A DNA stretch of 37,198 bases from an uncultured virus (IMG/VR IMGVR_UViG_3300000956_000008) (Duplodnaviria; Heunggongvirae; Uroviricota; Caudoviricetes). Made by a program: the position numbers and the translations under genes. Under the pieces are notes generated by a model. The model saw only the letters and a program-made list of their open reading frames with translations, did no database searches and was not told the DNA's origin. Within the stretch, counting starts at the first letter, position 1. Each line of letters opens with the position of its first letter. The stretch is taken from the IMG/VR virus record IMGVR_UViG_3300000956_000008, one strand, 5' to 3'. Below are positions 14,623 through 24,168 of the stretch, piece by piece.

Positions 14623-16416
14623 ATGTTCTTTGAAATGATGTTCGCTACTGATGGTTACAAACTGGGCCACGGTCCAATGTATCGTCGCGGTACTTCCAAA
14701 GTTGGTAGTAACCTGACTCCACGTACTGACAAAATCTACAAACGTGCTTGCACTACATTCTACGACAACCAACTGGTTTGGGTTGGTGGTCAAGCTGCCA
14801 TTCAAGAGCTGACCGAAAACTGGGAACGTTCTTTCTTCACTCAGCCAAAAGCAGAAGTGATTGCTGAATACGAAGAGTTCCTGATGGGCTACCTCGGTCG
14901 TGATCTGCCAACCAGCCAACAAATGGCTGCACTGCACGATCTGGGCTACCTGCCACTGGAGTTCCGTTCTCTGCCAGAGGGCTCGCTGGTTCCGATGGGT
15001 ATTCCTGTCCTGACCGTGACCAACACTCTAGATGAGTTCTTCTGGCTGGTGAACTACCACGAAACTCCGCTGTCTGCCACCACTTGGAAGACTGCAACCA
15101 ACGCAACGATTGCACGTGAATACCGCAAGATTTGTGAACACTACACCAAGCTGACCGGCTGCTACGATGCCTTCACTGTCTCGGTTATGTGCCACGACTT
15201 CTCTATGCGTGGTATGTCTGGTATCGAAGACGCTGCTCGTTCGGGCGTAGGTCACTTGACTCAATTTGTTGGTACTGACACACTGCCAGCCATCCGTCAC
15301 GCTAAGCGTTACTACGATGCAACTGGTTTGATCGGTATCTCGGTTCCAGCAACCGAACACGCTGTAACTTCGAACAACATTATCTCGATTGAGAATGAGT
15401 TGATCGCTGGCACCTACGAATATGCTTGTGAAGAGCAGATTCAGATCATGGTGAACATGGCAATCGCTGGTGAGGAAACCCGCCTGATTGCTGAGGTGAT
15501 GTTCGTGTATGACCTGATCACTCGCATTGTGCCAAACGGTATCGTGTCGAACGTATCGGACACTTACGACTTCTGGGCTATGCTGACTCGCGGCTATCCG
15601 TACCTGAAAGAAGTGATCATGCGTCGTGATCCACTGGGCCTGCAACCGGGTAAAGTGGTAGTACGTCCAGACTCTGGTGATCCTGTTCTGGTGATCTGCG
15701 GCATGAAGCCTGTTTCTGGCTCTGATGGTAAGGCGATTGACTTCGAAAGTGAAGACGCTGCCTATGATTGGTTGGATGTTGATGACCGAATCCGTCAGAT
15801 GAAGGACAAGGATTGCATTAAGATCGGTGGTGTGTTCTACGGGTTTGAGGCTAGCGTATACGACGATTACATCGAAGGTTGTGGTATTGACACTGACGTG
15901 GTGTACCCATACGAAGTTGTTGCTGGTGCGATCCGCACTCTGTACAAAACCTTCGGTGGTACTATCACTTCCACTGGTCACAAACTGTTGGATTCGCACA
16001 TCGGTCTGATCTACGGTGACTCGATCACCACCAAGCGTGCAGAAGAAATCCTGCGTCGTCTGGAAGAACAAGGCTACGCTGCTGCAAACGTTGTATTTGG
16101 TGTGGGTTCTTACACCTACCAGTGTGTGACACGTGACGTGTTCGGCTTCGCTGTGAAGGCAACTAACTCGATCATCAATGGTGACGAAGTGGCTATTTTC
16201 AAAGACCCGAAGACTGACAGCAAGAAGAAATCTGCCAAAGGTCGTCTGTATGTTGGTGAGTTTGAGTTTGAAGATGGTACTCGACGTTTCGAGCTGTCTG
16301 ATAACGTTACTCAGGAAGTTGAAGAACGTCCAGAGAACAAGCTTGAGTTGATCTACCGTGACGGGAAATTCCTGAAACGTGTGACACTCGACGAGATTCG
16401 CCAACGTTCGCTGTAA
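14623..16416 (+). CDS. nadV: nicotinamide phosphoribosyltransferase-like protein (candidate Namat of NARP1)
   Basis: TDGYKLGH, HDFSMRG, GTDT, PATEH, SDTYD, RPDSGDP, YGDSI, KKSAKG. Confidence 0.93.
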   Translation: MFFEMMFATDGYKLGHGPMYRRGTSKVGSNLTPRTDKIYKRACTTFYDNQLVWVGGQAAIQELTENWERSFFTQPKAEVIAEYEEFLMGYLGRDLPTSQQMAALHDLGYLPLEFRSLPEGSLVPMGIPVLTVTNTLDEFFWLVNYHETPLSATTWKTATNATIAREYRKICEHYTKLTGCYDAFTVSVMCHDFSMRGMSGIEDAARSGVGHLTQFVGTDTLPAIRHAKRYYDATGLIGISVPATEHAVTSNNIISIENELIAGTYEYACEEQIQIMVNMAIAGEETRLIAEVMFVYDLITRIVPNGIVSNVSDTYDFWAMLTRGYPYLKEVIMRRDPLGLQPGKVVVRPDSGDPVLVICGMKPVSGSDGKAIDFESEDAAYDWLDVDDRIRQMKDKDCIKIGGVFYGFEASVYDDYIEGCGIDTDVVYPYEVVAGAIRTLYKTFGGTITSTGHKLLDSHIGLIYGDSITTKRAEEILRRLEEQGYAAANVVFGVGSYTYQCVTRDVFGFAVKATNSIINGDEVAIFKDPKTDSKKKSAKGRLYVGEFEFEDGTRRFELSDNVTQEVEERPENKLELIYRDGKFLKRVTLDEIRQRSL

Positions 16417-16422
16417 CAAATC

Positions 16423-16447
16423 GCCCCTCTTCGGAGGGGCTTCTTTT
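16423..16447 (+). terminator. intrinsic terminator
   Basis: GCCCCTC TTCG GAGGGGC TTCTTTT. Confidence 0.85.
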
Positions 16448-16460
16448 CGAAGGAGGAAAC

Positions 16461-16583
16461 ATGGAATTTTTACTTTTCATTCTTGGCCTTGGTGCTCTTG
16501 CACTGGCTGCTGATGTCCATGAGGGTTATCACAAACGACAAATGGTTAAGGCCAAACACTTCAAGGAGACGATCTATGCTTAA
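16461..16583 (+). CDS. 40-aa membrane microprotein
   Basis: AAGGAGG RBS; MEFLLFILGLGALALAAD... Confidence 0.7.
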   Translation: MEFLLFILGLGALALAADVHEGYHKRQMVKAKHFKETIYA

Positions 16584-17073
16584 ATACAAAGTGGGTGATC
16601 TGTGTAAAGCTCTGCTCGACGGTGAAGTGAACGTAATCGGCCACCAAGCCAACTGCTTCAACACGATGAATTCTGGTGTTGCCAAGGCCATCAAGTTGGC
16701 ATTCCATGATGCTTGGGAAGCTGACCAAGAAACCGTGAAAGGTGACAAGGGCAAGTTTGGCGACCTGAGTTTGGGCATCCACTACTACGACAACGGCGGC
16801 ATTGGGGCCATCTACAACCTTTACGGCCAGTACAACTACGGCTACGACCAGAAGGGCTACACTGATTATTCCAAGCTGGAACAGGCTCTGACGGTGATGC
16901 GTGATGACCTCCTGACTGGCAACGGCCCTTGGCATATTGGTTTCCCTAAAATTGGTGCTGGACTTGGGGGTGGTGATTGGGATACAATTGCTGAAATCAT
17001 CGACAAACTGTTCGATGGATTTGACGTAACCATCTACGTGTTGAGGGAAGAAGATGTACCGCGATGCAGTTGA
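16576..17073 (+). CDS. macrodomain (ADP-ribose binding or hydrolase) protein
   Basis: GDL, HQANCFNTMNSGVA, NLYGQY, FPKIGAGLGGGDW. Confidence 0.9.
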   Translation: MLKYKVGDLCKALLDGEVNVIGHQANCFNTMNSGVAKAIKLAFHDAWEADQETVKGDKGKFGDLSLGIHYYDNGGIGAIYNLYGQYNYGYDQKGYTDYSKLEQALTVMRDDLLTGNGPWHIGFPKIGAGLGGGDWDTIAEIIDKLFDGFDVTIYVLREEDVPRCS

Positions 17074-17209
17074 GTACAAACCGGGCCATTGGCTAGCACC
17101 GGGAAGTGAAGCCTTAGAGCTTTACAAAGCCAAGAAGTGGAAGGAGCTTGAAGCTCTACTAAAACAAACTGATGCCGCATGGCGTAAATTAGAAGGGAGA
17201 GATAAATGA
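17054..17209 (+). CDS. 51-aa hypothetical protein (MYRDAVEYKPGHWLAPGS...)
   Basis: Translated by hand; GAGG RBS; ATGA overlap with next ORF. Confidence 0.65.
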   Translation: MYRDAVEYKPGHWLAPGSEALELYKAKKWKELEALLKQTDAAWRKLEGRDK

Positions 17210-17307
17210 TTGATTCTGCACTGAGTTTCTTGGTAAGCATTCTGGCAATGGTTAACGTTGGCCTTCCGAAGGAAGAGCCTAAACCCTCGGGTCGTTCTGT
17301 GGTATGA
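17206..17307 (+). CDS. 33-aa hydrophobic microprotein
   Basis: ATGA overlaps at both ends. Confidence 0.55.
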   Translation: MIDSALSFLVSILAMVNVGLPKEEPKPSGRSVV

Positions 17308-17879
17308 AGTGGTATACAGGCGTTGGATCGAGAGAGACGCCTGCCAACATTCTAACGCTGATGGAGGACGTGGGCTTTGCCCTCGCCTCCCAAGGCTGGA
17401 CACTAAGGTCTGGAGGTGCTGTAGGAGCGGATCAAGCGTTTGAAAGAGGAATGTTCAGGTTTGCTGGATTGGATGGTCCTTACGAGTGGACACCCGCTGA
17501 AATCTACCTACCTTGGGCAGGCTACGAAAACCATCACAGGTATACGCACGGAGGGTTAAACGTCCTTCCAAGCGAAATCCACTTTAACACTGAGTCCATT
17601 GCTGAGGGTATGGCGATGGCAGTTCATCCGGCTTGGGAAGCTTGCAAGCAAGGTGCAAGAAAGATGCACACTCGCAATGTGTTCCAAGTGCTTGGGAAAA
17701 CGCTTGACCAGCCTTCCAAAATGCTGATAGCATGGACGAAGTTGGATAAGCAAGGCAACCCTAAAGGTGGAACTGCCACTGCAATCAAACTGGCAACTGA
17801 GAATGGCGTTCAATGCTTCAACCTGAACAAGGCTGAGGATCATGAACGAATCACCAAATGGATAGGAGGCATGTCATGA
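17304..17879 (+). CDS. SLOG/DprA-like Rossmann-fold protein
   Basis: YTGVGSRETP, LRSGGAVGAD, RN..QVLG, GGTATAI. Confidence 0.82.
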   Translation: MKWYTGVGSRETPANILTLMEDVGFALASQGWTLRSGGAVGADQAFERGMFRFAGLDGPYEWTPAEIYLPWAGYENHHRYTHGGLNVLPSEIHFNTESIAEGMAMAVHPAWEACKQGARKMHTRNVFQVLGKTLDQPSKMLIAWTKLDKQGNPKGGTATAIKLATENGVQCFNLNKAEDHERITKWIGGMS

Positions 17880-18100
17880 AAACAGTAAGAGTTGACTTTG
17901 TACACATTAGCCGCACGGAACAAGGTCGTCCAGCTACCACGTCTTCTACTGTGGTGTGTGAGGATGATGTTGACGGTTACGAAGTCATGACGCACTTCGA
18001 AGGTGCGGTGCTGTTTGGCTGGGTAGTGAGCAAAATGACAACTCTGGAAGAGGGTGTTCGTATTTATCGAGAGGTTTCTGCCAGTGGACATGGGTACTGA
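17876..18100 (+). CDS. hypothetical protein, 74 aa
   Basis: AGGAGG RBS, ATGA overlap. Confidence 0.75.
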   Translation: MKTVRVDFVHISRTEQGRPATTSSTVVCEDDVDGYEVMTHFEGAVLFGWVVSKMTTLEEGVRIYREVSASGHGY

Positions 18101-18296
18101 GGAAATACGTGATCGCTTTATGCGGGGCGTAGAATTGCTGGAAGATGCCGACAGAGACTACATGCTCGACCAGATCGAAGAGGCTCGTTGGCGTACTGGC
18201 CCCACCTACAACAGGGGTGTACATATTCTCATGGATATGGTACAATTAGCTGTAGAGGCGAGTTACGCCTCTCCTAATACAAGGATTACAAAATGA
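18090..18296 (+). CDS. hypothetical protein (start uncertain)
   Basis: Fills operon gap. Confidence 0.65.
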   Translation: MGTEEIRDRFMRGVELLEDADRDYMLDQIEEARWRTGPTYNRGVHILMDMVQLAVEASYASPNTRITK

Positions 18297-18613
18297 CACA
18301 AAGAGTAATGGTTTACATCATCTGCCGTTTGGTGGAAGTTGCTGGACAGGGAACAGGGGCAATCGTAGACGATTGGTGGGTTGACGTGACTACCACTGGA
18401 TCGACAGAAGTTGCTGCTATCAAGGCTGAACGTAACAGTGCAGGGAACAACACCAAAACGTCTGTTGTTCAGTATCACGTCTATTATGCTGACGGCGGAC
18501 ACGCTCGCTTCAAGGAAAACTACTACTTGGTAGAGGAAGCTGCACTGTGGCCTTCTGACCCGTCCTTGCGTCCTGACCCGTTGTACCCTACGCCGGAACT
18601 ACTACCGGCATGA
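18293..18613 (+). CDS. hypothetical protein, 106 aa
   Basis: ATGA overlaps. Confidence 0.75.
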   Translation: MTQRVMVYIICRLVEVAGQGTGAIVDDWWVDVTTTGSTEVAAIKAERNSAGNNTKTSVVQYHVYYADGGHARFKENYYLVEEAALWPSDPSLRPDPLYPTPELLPA

Positions 18614-19113
18614 TGACAGTGGAGGAACTTGCGGCTCTTGACGCACGTCTCTCTGCCAATGCTGATAAGTTGATTGCGAAGAGGGAGAAATCCCTCTACA
18701 ATTTCAAACCAATTAAGGCGGGCCGCAAGCCCGCCTCTTTTTGTAACTTAATTCAGCCAGAGATTCAGCAAATCCGCTATATTGAGGAAGATAGCTGGCC
18801 TTTGTGGGTCGATGATGCCGTTGTTGGCGTGTCAAGGTTAGATTGGTACGACAGGGGGTCTAGAAATATTCCTCTGAGCAGTAAGGGCATCATGCAATGT
18901 TTCGCTTGCCTTGAAGAGATAAATGCTAGTACAATCTCGCATCTGTTGAATATAGGCGAACGTCAAGCACAGAGGTACATGAAAGCGTGTGAACTATTAC
19001 ACGAAAGATTGGTTGACAACTACTGTGACGACAACGTAAGATTGATGAAATACCCAGCAGTCTTCATCTACCCAAGAGAAGACATGCCATTATCAGATTT
19101 GAAGGAGGATTAA
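18610..19113 (+). CDS. putative HTH DNA-binding protein
   Basis: NASTISHLLNIGERQAQRY HTH-like segment. Confidence 0.6.
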   Translation: MMTVEELAALDARLSANADKLIAKREKSLYNFKPIKAGRKPASFCNLIQPEIQQIRYIEEDSWPLWVDDAVVGVSRLDWYDRGSRNIPLSSKGIMQCFACLEEINASTISHLLNIGERQAQRYMKACELLHERLVDNYCDDNVRLMKYPAVFIYPREDMPLSDLKED

Positions 19114-19494
19114 ATGGATAAGTCGGTTAAGATTGAAGGTGCATTGTGGTACGAGTTTGACCAGAACAACTCGGGTGGTTACTATGAGCGTGACGACTTC
19201 GTGTCTGACGTAGTATTCGTTCAAGCTATGAACCCTGATCACGCGGAAGATATCATGCGTGAAATGATTGGTAAGGCTGACGCATGGAACTACTGTGACT
19301 GCTGCGGTGAACGCTGGTCGTTCTGGAACGTTAAAGGTTATGAAGTTCCAACTCGATACGGTGAGCCAGTGACAGAAGGTGTTGACTTGTATTCCAAAGA
19401 CGGGTATATTCTCTTCCACGGATTGAATGGTCGCACACTGAAATGGGATTGCAAGGGCAAGCCCGTTGAACTTGGTAGGAGGGTTAAGGAATGA
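19114..19494 (+). CDS. hypothetical protein (QNNSGG...CDCCGERW)
   Basis: AAGGAGG RBS. Confidence 0.85.
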   Translation: MDKSVKIEGALWYEFDQNNSGGYYERDDFVSDVVFVQAMNPDHAEDIMREMIGKADAWNYCDCCGERWSFWNVKGYEVPTRYGEPVTEGVDLYSKDGYILFHGLNGRTLKWDCKGKPVELGRRVKE

Positions 19495-20618
19495 GTTTGT
19501 TCGCTAAAGCTGGTGTACAAGATGCTGTGAATGTTGGCTTTAAGGTTGGTGAAGTGCCTGTCATTGCAGCACATACCGGTGTGGGTAAGAGTATGTTTCC
19601 GGCTGCCACGCAGCAGTCACCGATTGCACCAATGCAGAACCTCGTAGTGAGTGACGCTGACATTGATAAGATCGGTGAAGATGTGAGCCGTGAGATTGGT
19701 CAAACCACTCAGAAGATCATCGATAAGATGGTTGTAGGTAAGTTTGACGACTTGGGTGCAATCCTGACCCAAATCACTGGCGAAGTGGACAAGCTCGACC
19801 CAGCTTCCTTGCAAAAGGGTGGTATGATCGGCTGGATGCAGAACAAGTTTACTGACGTGAAGGCCACTCTCACCATGCGGTTGAAGAGCGCTCAAGGAGT
19901 GTTCGACAATCTTGAAGGTAAGATTTCCTCGCACATCACTGTTCAACAGGAGTGGGTGAAGGACTTGGAAGCTTTGTATAATGAAAACTTCCACCACTAC
20001 CAAAAGATCATCAAGGAAATGCAGGATGTGGAACGTCTAATCGGCTATGTCGATGACCAGATTAAGAGCTGGCCTGAGATTGACCTGAGCAGCCCAACCG
20101 CTGCAATGTCTATCCAACAGACACGTGACGCTGAATCCAAGCTTAACCGCTTGCGTATGAAGCATGACAACCTGATCCGTCTGAAGGCGATGACCGAGCT
20201 GAACAGCCCGAAGATTCGTCAGCAGCAGGATACAAGTCGTGTGACTATCAGCACGTTGAAGGATATCATCAGTCAGACTATTCCTATCGTCAAGATGGAG
20301 TTTGCACTGTACATCCAGACAGTGGATAGCCAGAAGAGTATCAAACTGACCAACGAGGTGCGAACTTTGGCAACAAAAACCTTGATCAAAGGTGCTGACG
20401 GTGCTAAGATGGCTGCCATTGAAAGCGCTAAAGCATTGAACACCCCGGTGATCACAAGCGACACGCTTCAAATACTGCGTAACCGTGTAATGGAAACCGT
20501 AGTGGAAGTAAAACGGGTTGAATCTGATGCTCAGATCAAACGTGAACAAGAAGCAGTACAGATTGTAGAAGGGCAAAAATCGCTGTTGACGGCGTTGAAA
20601 GCTTCCGGTACAATCTAA
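19491..20618 (+). CDS. telA: toxic anion resistance protein, TelA/KlaA family
   Basis: 375-aa coiled-coil protein; LYNEN, PKIR..Q and TIP motifs; next to vWA/TerC/TerD. Confidence 0.75.
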   Translation: MSLFAKAGVQDAVNVGFKVGEVPVIAAHTGVGKSMFPAATQQSPIAPMQNLVVSDADIDKIGEDVSREIGQTTQKIIDKMVVGKFDDLGAILTQITGEVDKLDPASLQKGGMIGWMQNKFTDVKATLTMRLKSAQGVFDNLEGKISSHITVQQEWVKDLEALYNENFHHYQKIIKEMQDVERLIGYVDDQIKSWPEIDLSSPTAAMSIQQTRDAESKLNRLRMKHDNLIRLKAMTELNSPKIRQQQDTSRVTISTLKDIISQTIPIVKMEFALYIQTVDSQKSIKLTNEVRTLATKTLIKGADGAKMAAIESAKALNTPVITSDTLQILRNRVMETVVEVKRVESDAQIKREQEAVQIVEGQKSLLTALKASGTI

Positions 20619-20639
20619 CACACATTCAAAGGAGGATAT

Positions 20640-21290
20640 ATGGGTATGCCAATGTTAGACCTGACTAAATCGCTGGAACTGAATCTCGAAAAGGCTCAGA
20701 TTTTCACACCAATCACTATGGCCGTTAAGCTGGCTGTAGACAAATCTGGTAGCATGGACGACGAGTTCCGCTGCGGTTGGGTACAAGACACTATCGACCT
20801 GTTCTTGGCTGCTGCCATGAAGTTTGACGATGACGGTAAGATGGAGATTGGTTTCTTCAACACCAGTTTTGACCGCACTCCAGATGCAACTGTTGACGAC
20901 CACGGCCAGTACGTTCGTAAGCACCGCATCACCGCTGGTGGCGGCACCAACTTCGCAGATGCTATCAAAGGTCTGAAGGGGAGTGCAACCAAGCGTGGCC
21001 TGTTCGGTTTCGGCGGTTCCAAGCCTGCAACCCCAACCTACATTGGCTTCATCACTGACGGCAGCAACAACGATCAGCGTGACTTCGAAGCTCAACTGGA
21101 CTCGTTGGAAAACACCTTCGTACAGATCGTGGCAATCGGCAACGGCGTTGACAAGCGTTACCTTGACTTCATCGCTGCGAAGTACGACACTGTTGAAGTG
21201 CTGTACATCCCGAATCCGAAGGCTGTAGATCAGAACAAGTTCTATGAGCTGATTCTGAACGAAGAGTTCAAAGCTTTCGCAGTAAAGTGA
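20640..21290 (+). CDS. vWA domain protein, Ter-associated
   Basis: MIDAS DKSGSM, FDDDG, GGT, FITDG. Confidence 0.88.
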   Translation: MGMPMLDLTKSLELNLEKAQIFTPITMAVKLAVDKSGSMDDEFRCGWVQDTIDLFLAAAMKFDDDGKMEIGFFNTSFDRTPDATVDDHGQYVRKHRITAGGGTNFADAIKGLKGSATKRGLFGFGGSKPATPTYIGFITDGSNNDQRDFEAQLDSLENTFVQIVAIGNGVDKRYLDFIAAKYDTVEVLYIPNPKAVDQNKFYELILNEEFKAFAVK

Positions 21291-21325
21291 TTGACAACCG
21301 AGGGGCTTATCGCTAAGATAGCCCC
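21291..21325 (+). promoter_or_regulatory. sigma70 promoter with inverted repeat enclosing the -10
   Basis: TTGACA-N17-TAAGAT; GGGGCT/AGCCCC. Confidence 0.8.
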
Positions 21326-21355
21326 ACACAAACAAACTGAAAGGGGAACAACATA

Positions 21356-22033
21356 ATGGAATTTTTCGCATCGCTAGACTGGGCTGTGATCTTCAAGATC
21401 GTGATGGTTGACTTGCTTCTCGGCCTTGACAACGCCATCGTAATTGCTCTAGCATGTGCTACACTGGCTGTAAGTGTTCGTGGTAAGGCAATCCTTCTGG
21501 GTACTGCTGGCGCCATCGCACTCCGAGCTGTCCTGCTGGTCTTCGCAACGTTCCTCTTGGGCGTTCCGTTCCTGAAGTTGGTAGCTGGTCTGTACCTTGT
21601 CTGGATTGGTTACTCGCTTCTGACTGGACACGATGAACCACACGAAGTTGCACAGAAAGATACTATCTGGGGCGCTGTTTGGACTATCATCGTAGCTGAC
21701 TTCATGCTCTCGCTGGACAACGTAATGGCTGTAGCTGGTGCCGCTTCTGGTTCGGAACACTCGACAATCTACGCAATCGCTGGTATTGTTCTGTCGATCC
21801 CAATCATCATCTACGGTGCTAAATACCTGAGCGGTTTGATGGATCGTTTCAAGATCATCATCTGGATCGGTGCTGCAATGTTGGGTGTAGTTGGTGCTGA
21901 AATGCTGGTGAGTGATCCATTCTTCGTGAGCCACGTTGGTGAGGTTAACCACTTGCTTGCCAAGACTGTAGGTGGTCTGATTGTTGTAGCTGCTGCTTTC
22001 GCCAACAAACGTTTTGTCGCTAAAACGGCTTAA
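21356..22033 (+). CDS. terC: TerC-family integral membrane protein
   Basis: DLLLGLDNAIVI, ADFMLSLDNVMAV, about 7 TM segments. Confidence 0.92.
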   Translation: MEFFASLDWAVIFKIVMVDLLLGLDNAIVIALACATLAVSVRGKAILLGTAGAIALRAVLLVFATFLLGVPFLKLVAGLYLVWIGYSLLTGHDEPHEVAQKDTIWGAVWTIIVADFMLSLDNVMAVAGAASGSEHSTIYAIAGIVLSIPIIIYGAKYLSGLMDRFKIIIWIGAAMLGVVGAEMLVSDPFFVSHVGEVNHLLAKTVGGLIVVAAAFANKRFVAKTA

Positions 22034-22088
22034 CACCAAACTGAAAAAGAGGGGCACAACGCCCCTCAACACTAAAGAGGACTTGATA

Positions 22089-22664
22089 ATGGAGCTTAAC
22101 TTGAGCAAAAATACTATGATGTTGGACCTGACCAAAGCCGCACCACAACTGACCCGCCTGCGTGGTCTGCTGAACTGGGACTGCCATCCGGTACATGGTT
22201 CTTCGAAAGAATACGGTTTTGACCTTGATGTGTTCGCCTTCTGCACCGATGCAAACGGCAGTATTCAAGGCAACATGAACAACGTTGTATTCTTCAACAA
22301 CATGAGTGCTTTCGACGGAGCTGTTGTTTACCCACGTGATAACCGTACTGGCGAAGGTGATGATGACGAAGAGCTGATCACTGACGTGACCAAGATTCCG
22401 GCTCATATCCACAAGATTGAACACTTCGTGTTCTTGCACGAAGCAGCAAAACGCGGTCAGGACTTCTCGATGATCAAGAATGGTAGCTTCAAACTGTTCG
22501 ATCAGAACAACATCCTGATTCAGGATTACAAGCTGCAAACCTTCGTTAACGGCACTGCCCTGCACATCGGCACCCTGCAACGAGTGGCTGGCGGTTGGGG
22601 CTTCCAGCCTGTAGGTGAGTCAGCAGTAGCTGATCCAAACCAAGTGCTGCAAGCTTTCGCGTAA
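22089..22664 (+). CDS. terD: TerD-family protein
   Basis: LNWD, FDLDVFA, VFFNN, DNRTGEGDDDEE, WGFQPVG. Confidence 0.92.
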   Translation: MELNLSKNTMMLDLTKAAPQLTRLRGLLNWDCHPVHGSSKEYGFDLDVFAFCTDANGSIQGNMNNVVFFNNMSAFDGAVVYPRDNRTGEGDDDEELITDVTKIPAHIHKIEHFVFLHEAAKRGQDFSMIKNGSFKLFDQNNILIQDYKLQTFVNGTALHIGTLQRVAGGWGFQPVGESAVADPNQVLQAFA

Positions 22665-22669
22665 CACCT

Positions 22670-22693
22670 AACCCCGCTTCGGCGGGGTTTCTT
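22670..22693 (+). terminator. intrinsic terminator
   Basis: AACCCCGC TTCG GCGGGGTT TCTT. Confidence 0.85.
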
Positions 22694-22721
22694 GGTATAA
22701 CAAACCCACAGGAGACATACA

Positions 22722-23066
22722 ATGTTCTACGGATATGACGGACCTTCTTGCAGACCAATCGGTCAAATCTCTGACTACCGTCTGGATGATGTAATGAAGG
22801 CCAAAAGCATCAACTTCTATGTGCAAGATGTACCTCTGGTACTGGCTGAAGCAACGATGTTCAACGCTCTTACCTTCGCACTGCCAAGAGGCTTGCCTTA
22901 CGGTGTACGCACCCGAGTTTGGAGCAACTGGTTCCCTGATGCACAGTGGACTGGCGAAATGGTGAGCTACAGCACCTACAACGACCTTGGAGAGGCTGTT
23001 GAAAACATGATTCCATACGCTGAATTTAATATGGTGGCTGTGCCTTGGGACGATATCATCGCCTAA
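22722..23066 (+). CDS. hypothetical protein, 114 aa
   Basis: AGGAG RBS. Confidence 0.8.
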   Translation: MFYGYDGPSCRPIGQISDYRLDDVMKAKSINFYVQDVPLVLAEATMFNALTFALPRGLPYGVRTRVWSNWFPDAQWTGEMVSYSTYNDLGEAVENMIPYAEFNMVAVPWDDIIA

Positions 23067-23124
23067 GCGACCGCGTTGAAAATCTGGGCAAGTTGCTTGC
23101 CCATCACTTTAAAAGGAGAACAAC

Positions 23125-23511
23125 ATGAAAATTGCATCTATCAAACGTGACGACTTCGGTGGTGAACGCTGGTATTCTTACGAAGGCTACGCAATCACCC
23201 TTGAAGATGGAACTCAAATCAAAATGGGTATTGACAATGGTCAGTCCTGCTGCGAGAATTGGGGCTACCTAATGTCTGAGGACAACCTCAGCGAGTATGT
23301 TGGTGCGGAGTATCTGGGCATCGAGGCTGTAGGCCAAGCTCTGGAACACGTCGAAATCAAAGGTGTCTACGAAGGTGGCATCATGTTCATCAACATCAAC
23401 ACTTCCAAGGGTATCTTGCAGTTTGTGGCTTACAACGAGCACAACGGCTACTACTCTCACCAAGCGGTGGTAATTGAAGATGGAACAGTTACACACTCCG
23501 AAAGTCTGTAA
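23125..23511 (+). CDS. hypothetical protein (QSCCE...NEHNGYYSH)
   Basis: AAGGAG RBS. Confidence 0.85.
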   Translation: MKIASIKRDDFGGERWYSYEGYAITLEDGTQIKMGIDNGQSCCENWGYLMSEDNLSEYVGAEYLGIEAVGQALEHVEIKGVYEGGIMFININTSKGILQFVAYNEHNGYYSHQAVVIEDGTVTHSESL

Positions 23512-23668
23512 CCTGTGCGGTGCGGAAGAACCTCAACCTTGGTGGCAACAACCCATGAATGAGACAATCCGTGCCTACGCACAAAGCTACACATCACCAG
23601 TGAAAACCTTTAACACTTCGCTCCTTGCAGAATTAGAAGCTTGGGGCTTATCGGAGGGATTAGAATGA
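23480..23668 (+). CDS. hypothetical protein (start uncertain)
   Basis: Fills gap; ATGA overlap with next gene. Confidence 0.5.
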   Translation: MEQLHTPKVCNLCGAEEPQPWWQQPMNETIRAYAQSYTSPVKTFNTSLLAELEAWGLSEGLE

Positions 23669-23907
23669 CAGCAGTGAAAGAAGTGAGTTTTGTAACACGC
23701 ACAGAACGCCATGCGGCTGAACGTAAAGAGTGGATTGCTGATGCTGTGGGCTATCTGATTGGCCTTGGCATCTACGCACAGGAAGAAGTTGATGGTTGCT
23801 TTGCACTGGCGGAAAGCCTTGAGTTTCACGCACGTGATGAGGGCGGAGAATTGATGTACACTGCGAAAGAAGCAGTCGATGAAGAACTCTCCTACTGGGG
23901 CGACTAA
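23665..23907 (+). CDS. hypothetical acidic protein, 80 aa
   Basis: GGAGG RBS. Confidence 0.8.
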   Translation: MTAVKEVSFVTRTERHAAERKEWIADAVGYLIGLGIYAQEEVDGCFALAESLEFHARDEGGELMYTAKEAVDEELSYWGD

Positions 23908-24086
23908 TGACCCGCCACCAAGAGCTTGAGCAACAACGACGTGCGTTGAGGGAGCGCCTGAGGGGCGCTTCTCTCTTCTTCCACACTACACGTGGCTATG
24001 TGTACAAGCTGAAGGACGACTCATACATGTCTGTGGGTGAGTACAATAAATTGAGACGCCAGTGTGGTATCTATTGGCTATTATAG
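23907..24086 (+). CDS. 59-aa hypothetical protein (MTRHQELEQQRR...)
   Basis: TAATG coupling; translated by hand. Confidence 0.7.
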   Translation: MTRHQELEQQRRALRERLRGASLFFHTTRGYVYKLKDDSYMSVGEYNKLRRQCGIYWLL

Positions 24087-24096
24087 GAGGGACGAT

Positions 24097-24168
24097 ATGA
24101 CAGCAACTGATTTCTGGTTTATATACATGATGCTCTTGGTGCTGGTTGTCGTAGCAGGTGCAACATGA
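24097..24168 (+). CDS. 23-aa single-TM microprotein
   Basis: AGGAGG RBS; ATGA overlap with next gene. Confidence 0.6.
   Translation: MTATDFWFIYMMLLVLVVVAGAT

Noticed and set aside
4123..22580. Long minus-strand ORFs such as 4123..4995, 12192..13448, 15028..16419 and 21449..22246
   Set aside because: Antisense shadows of recognisable plus-strand genes, expected from biased codon usage
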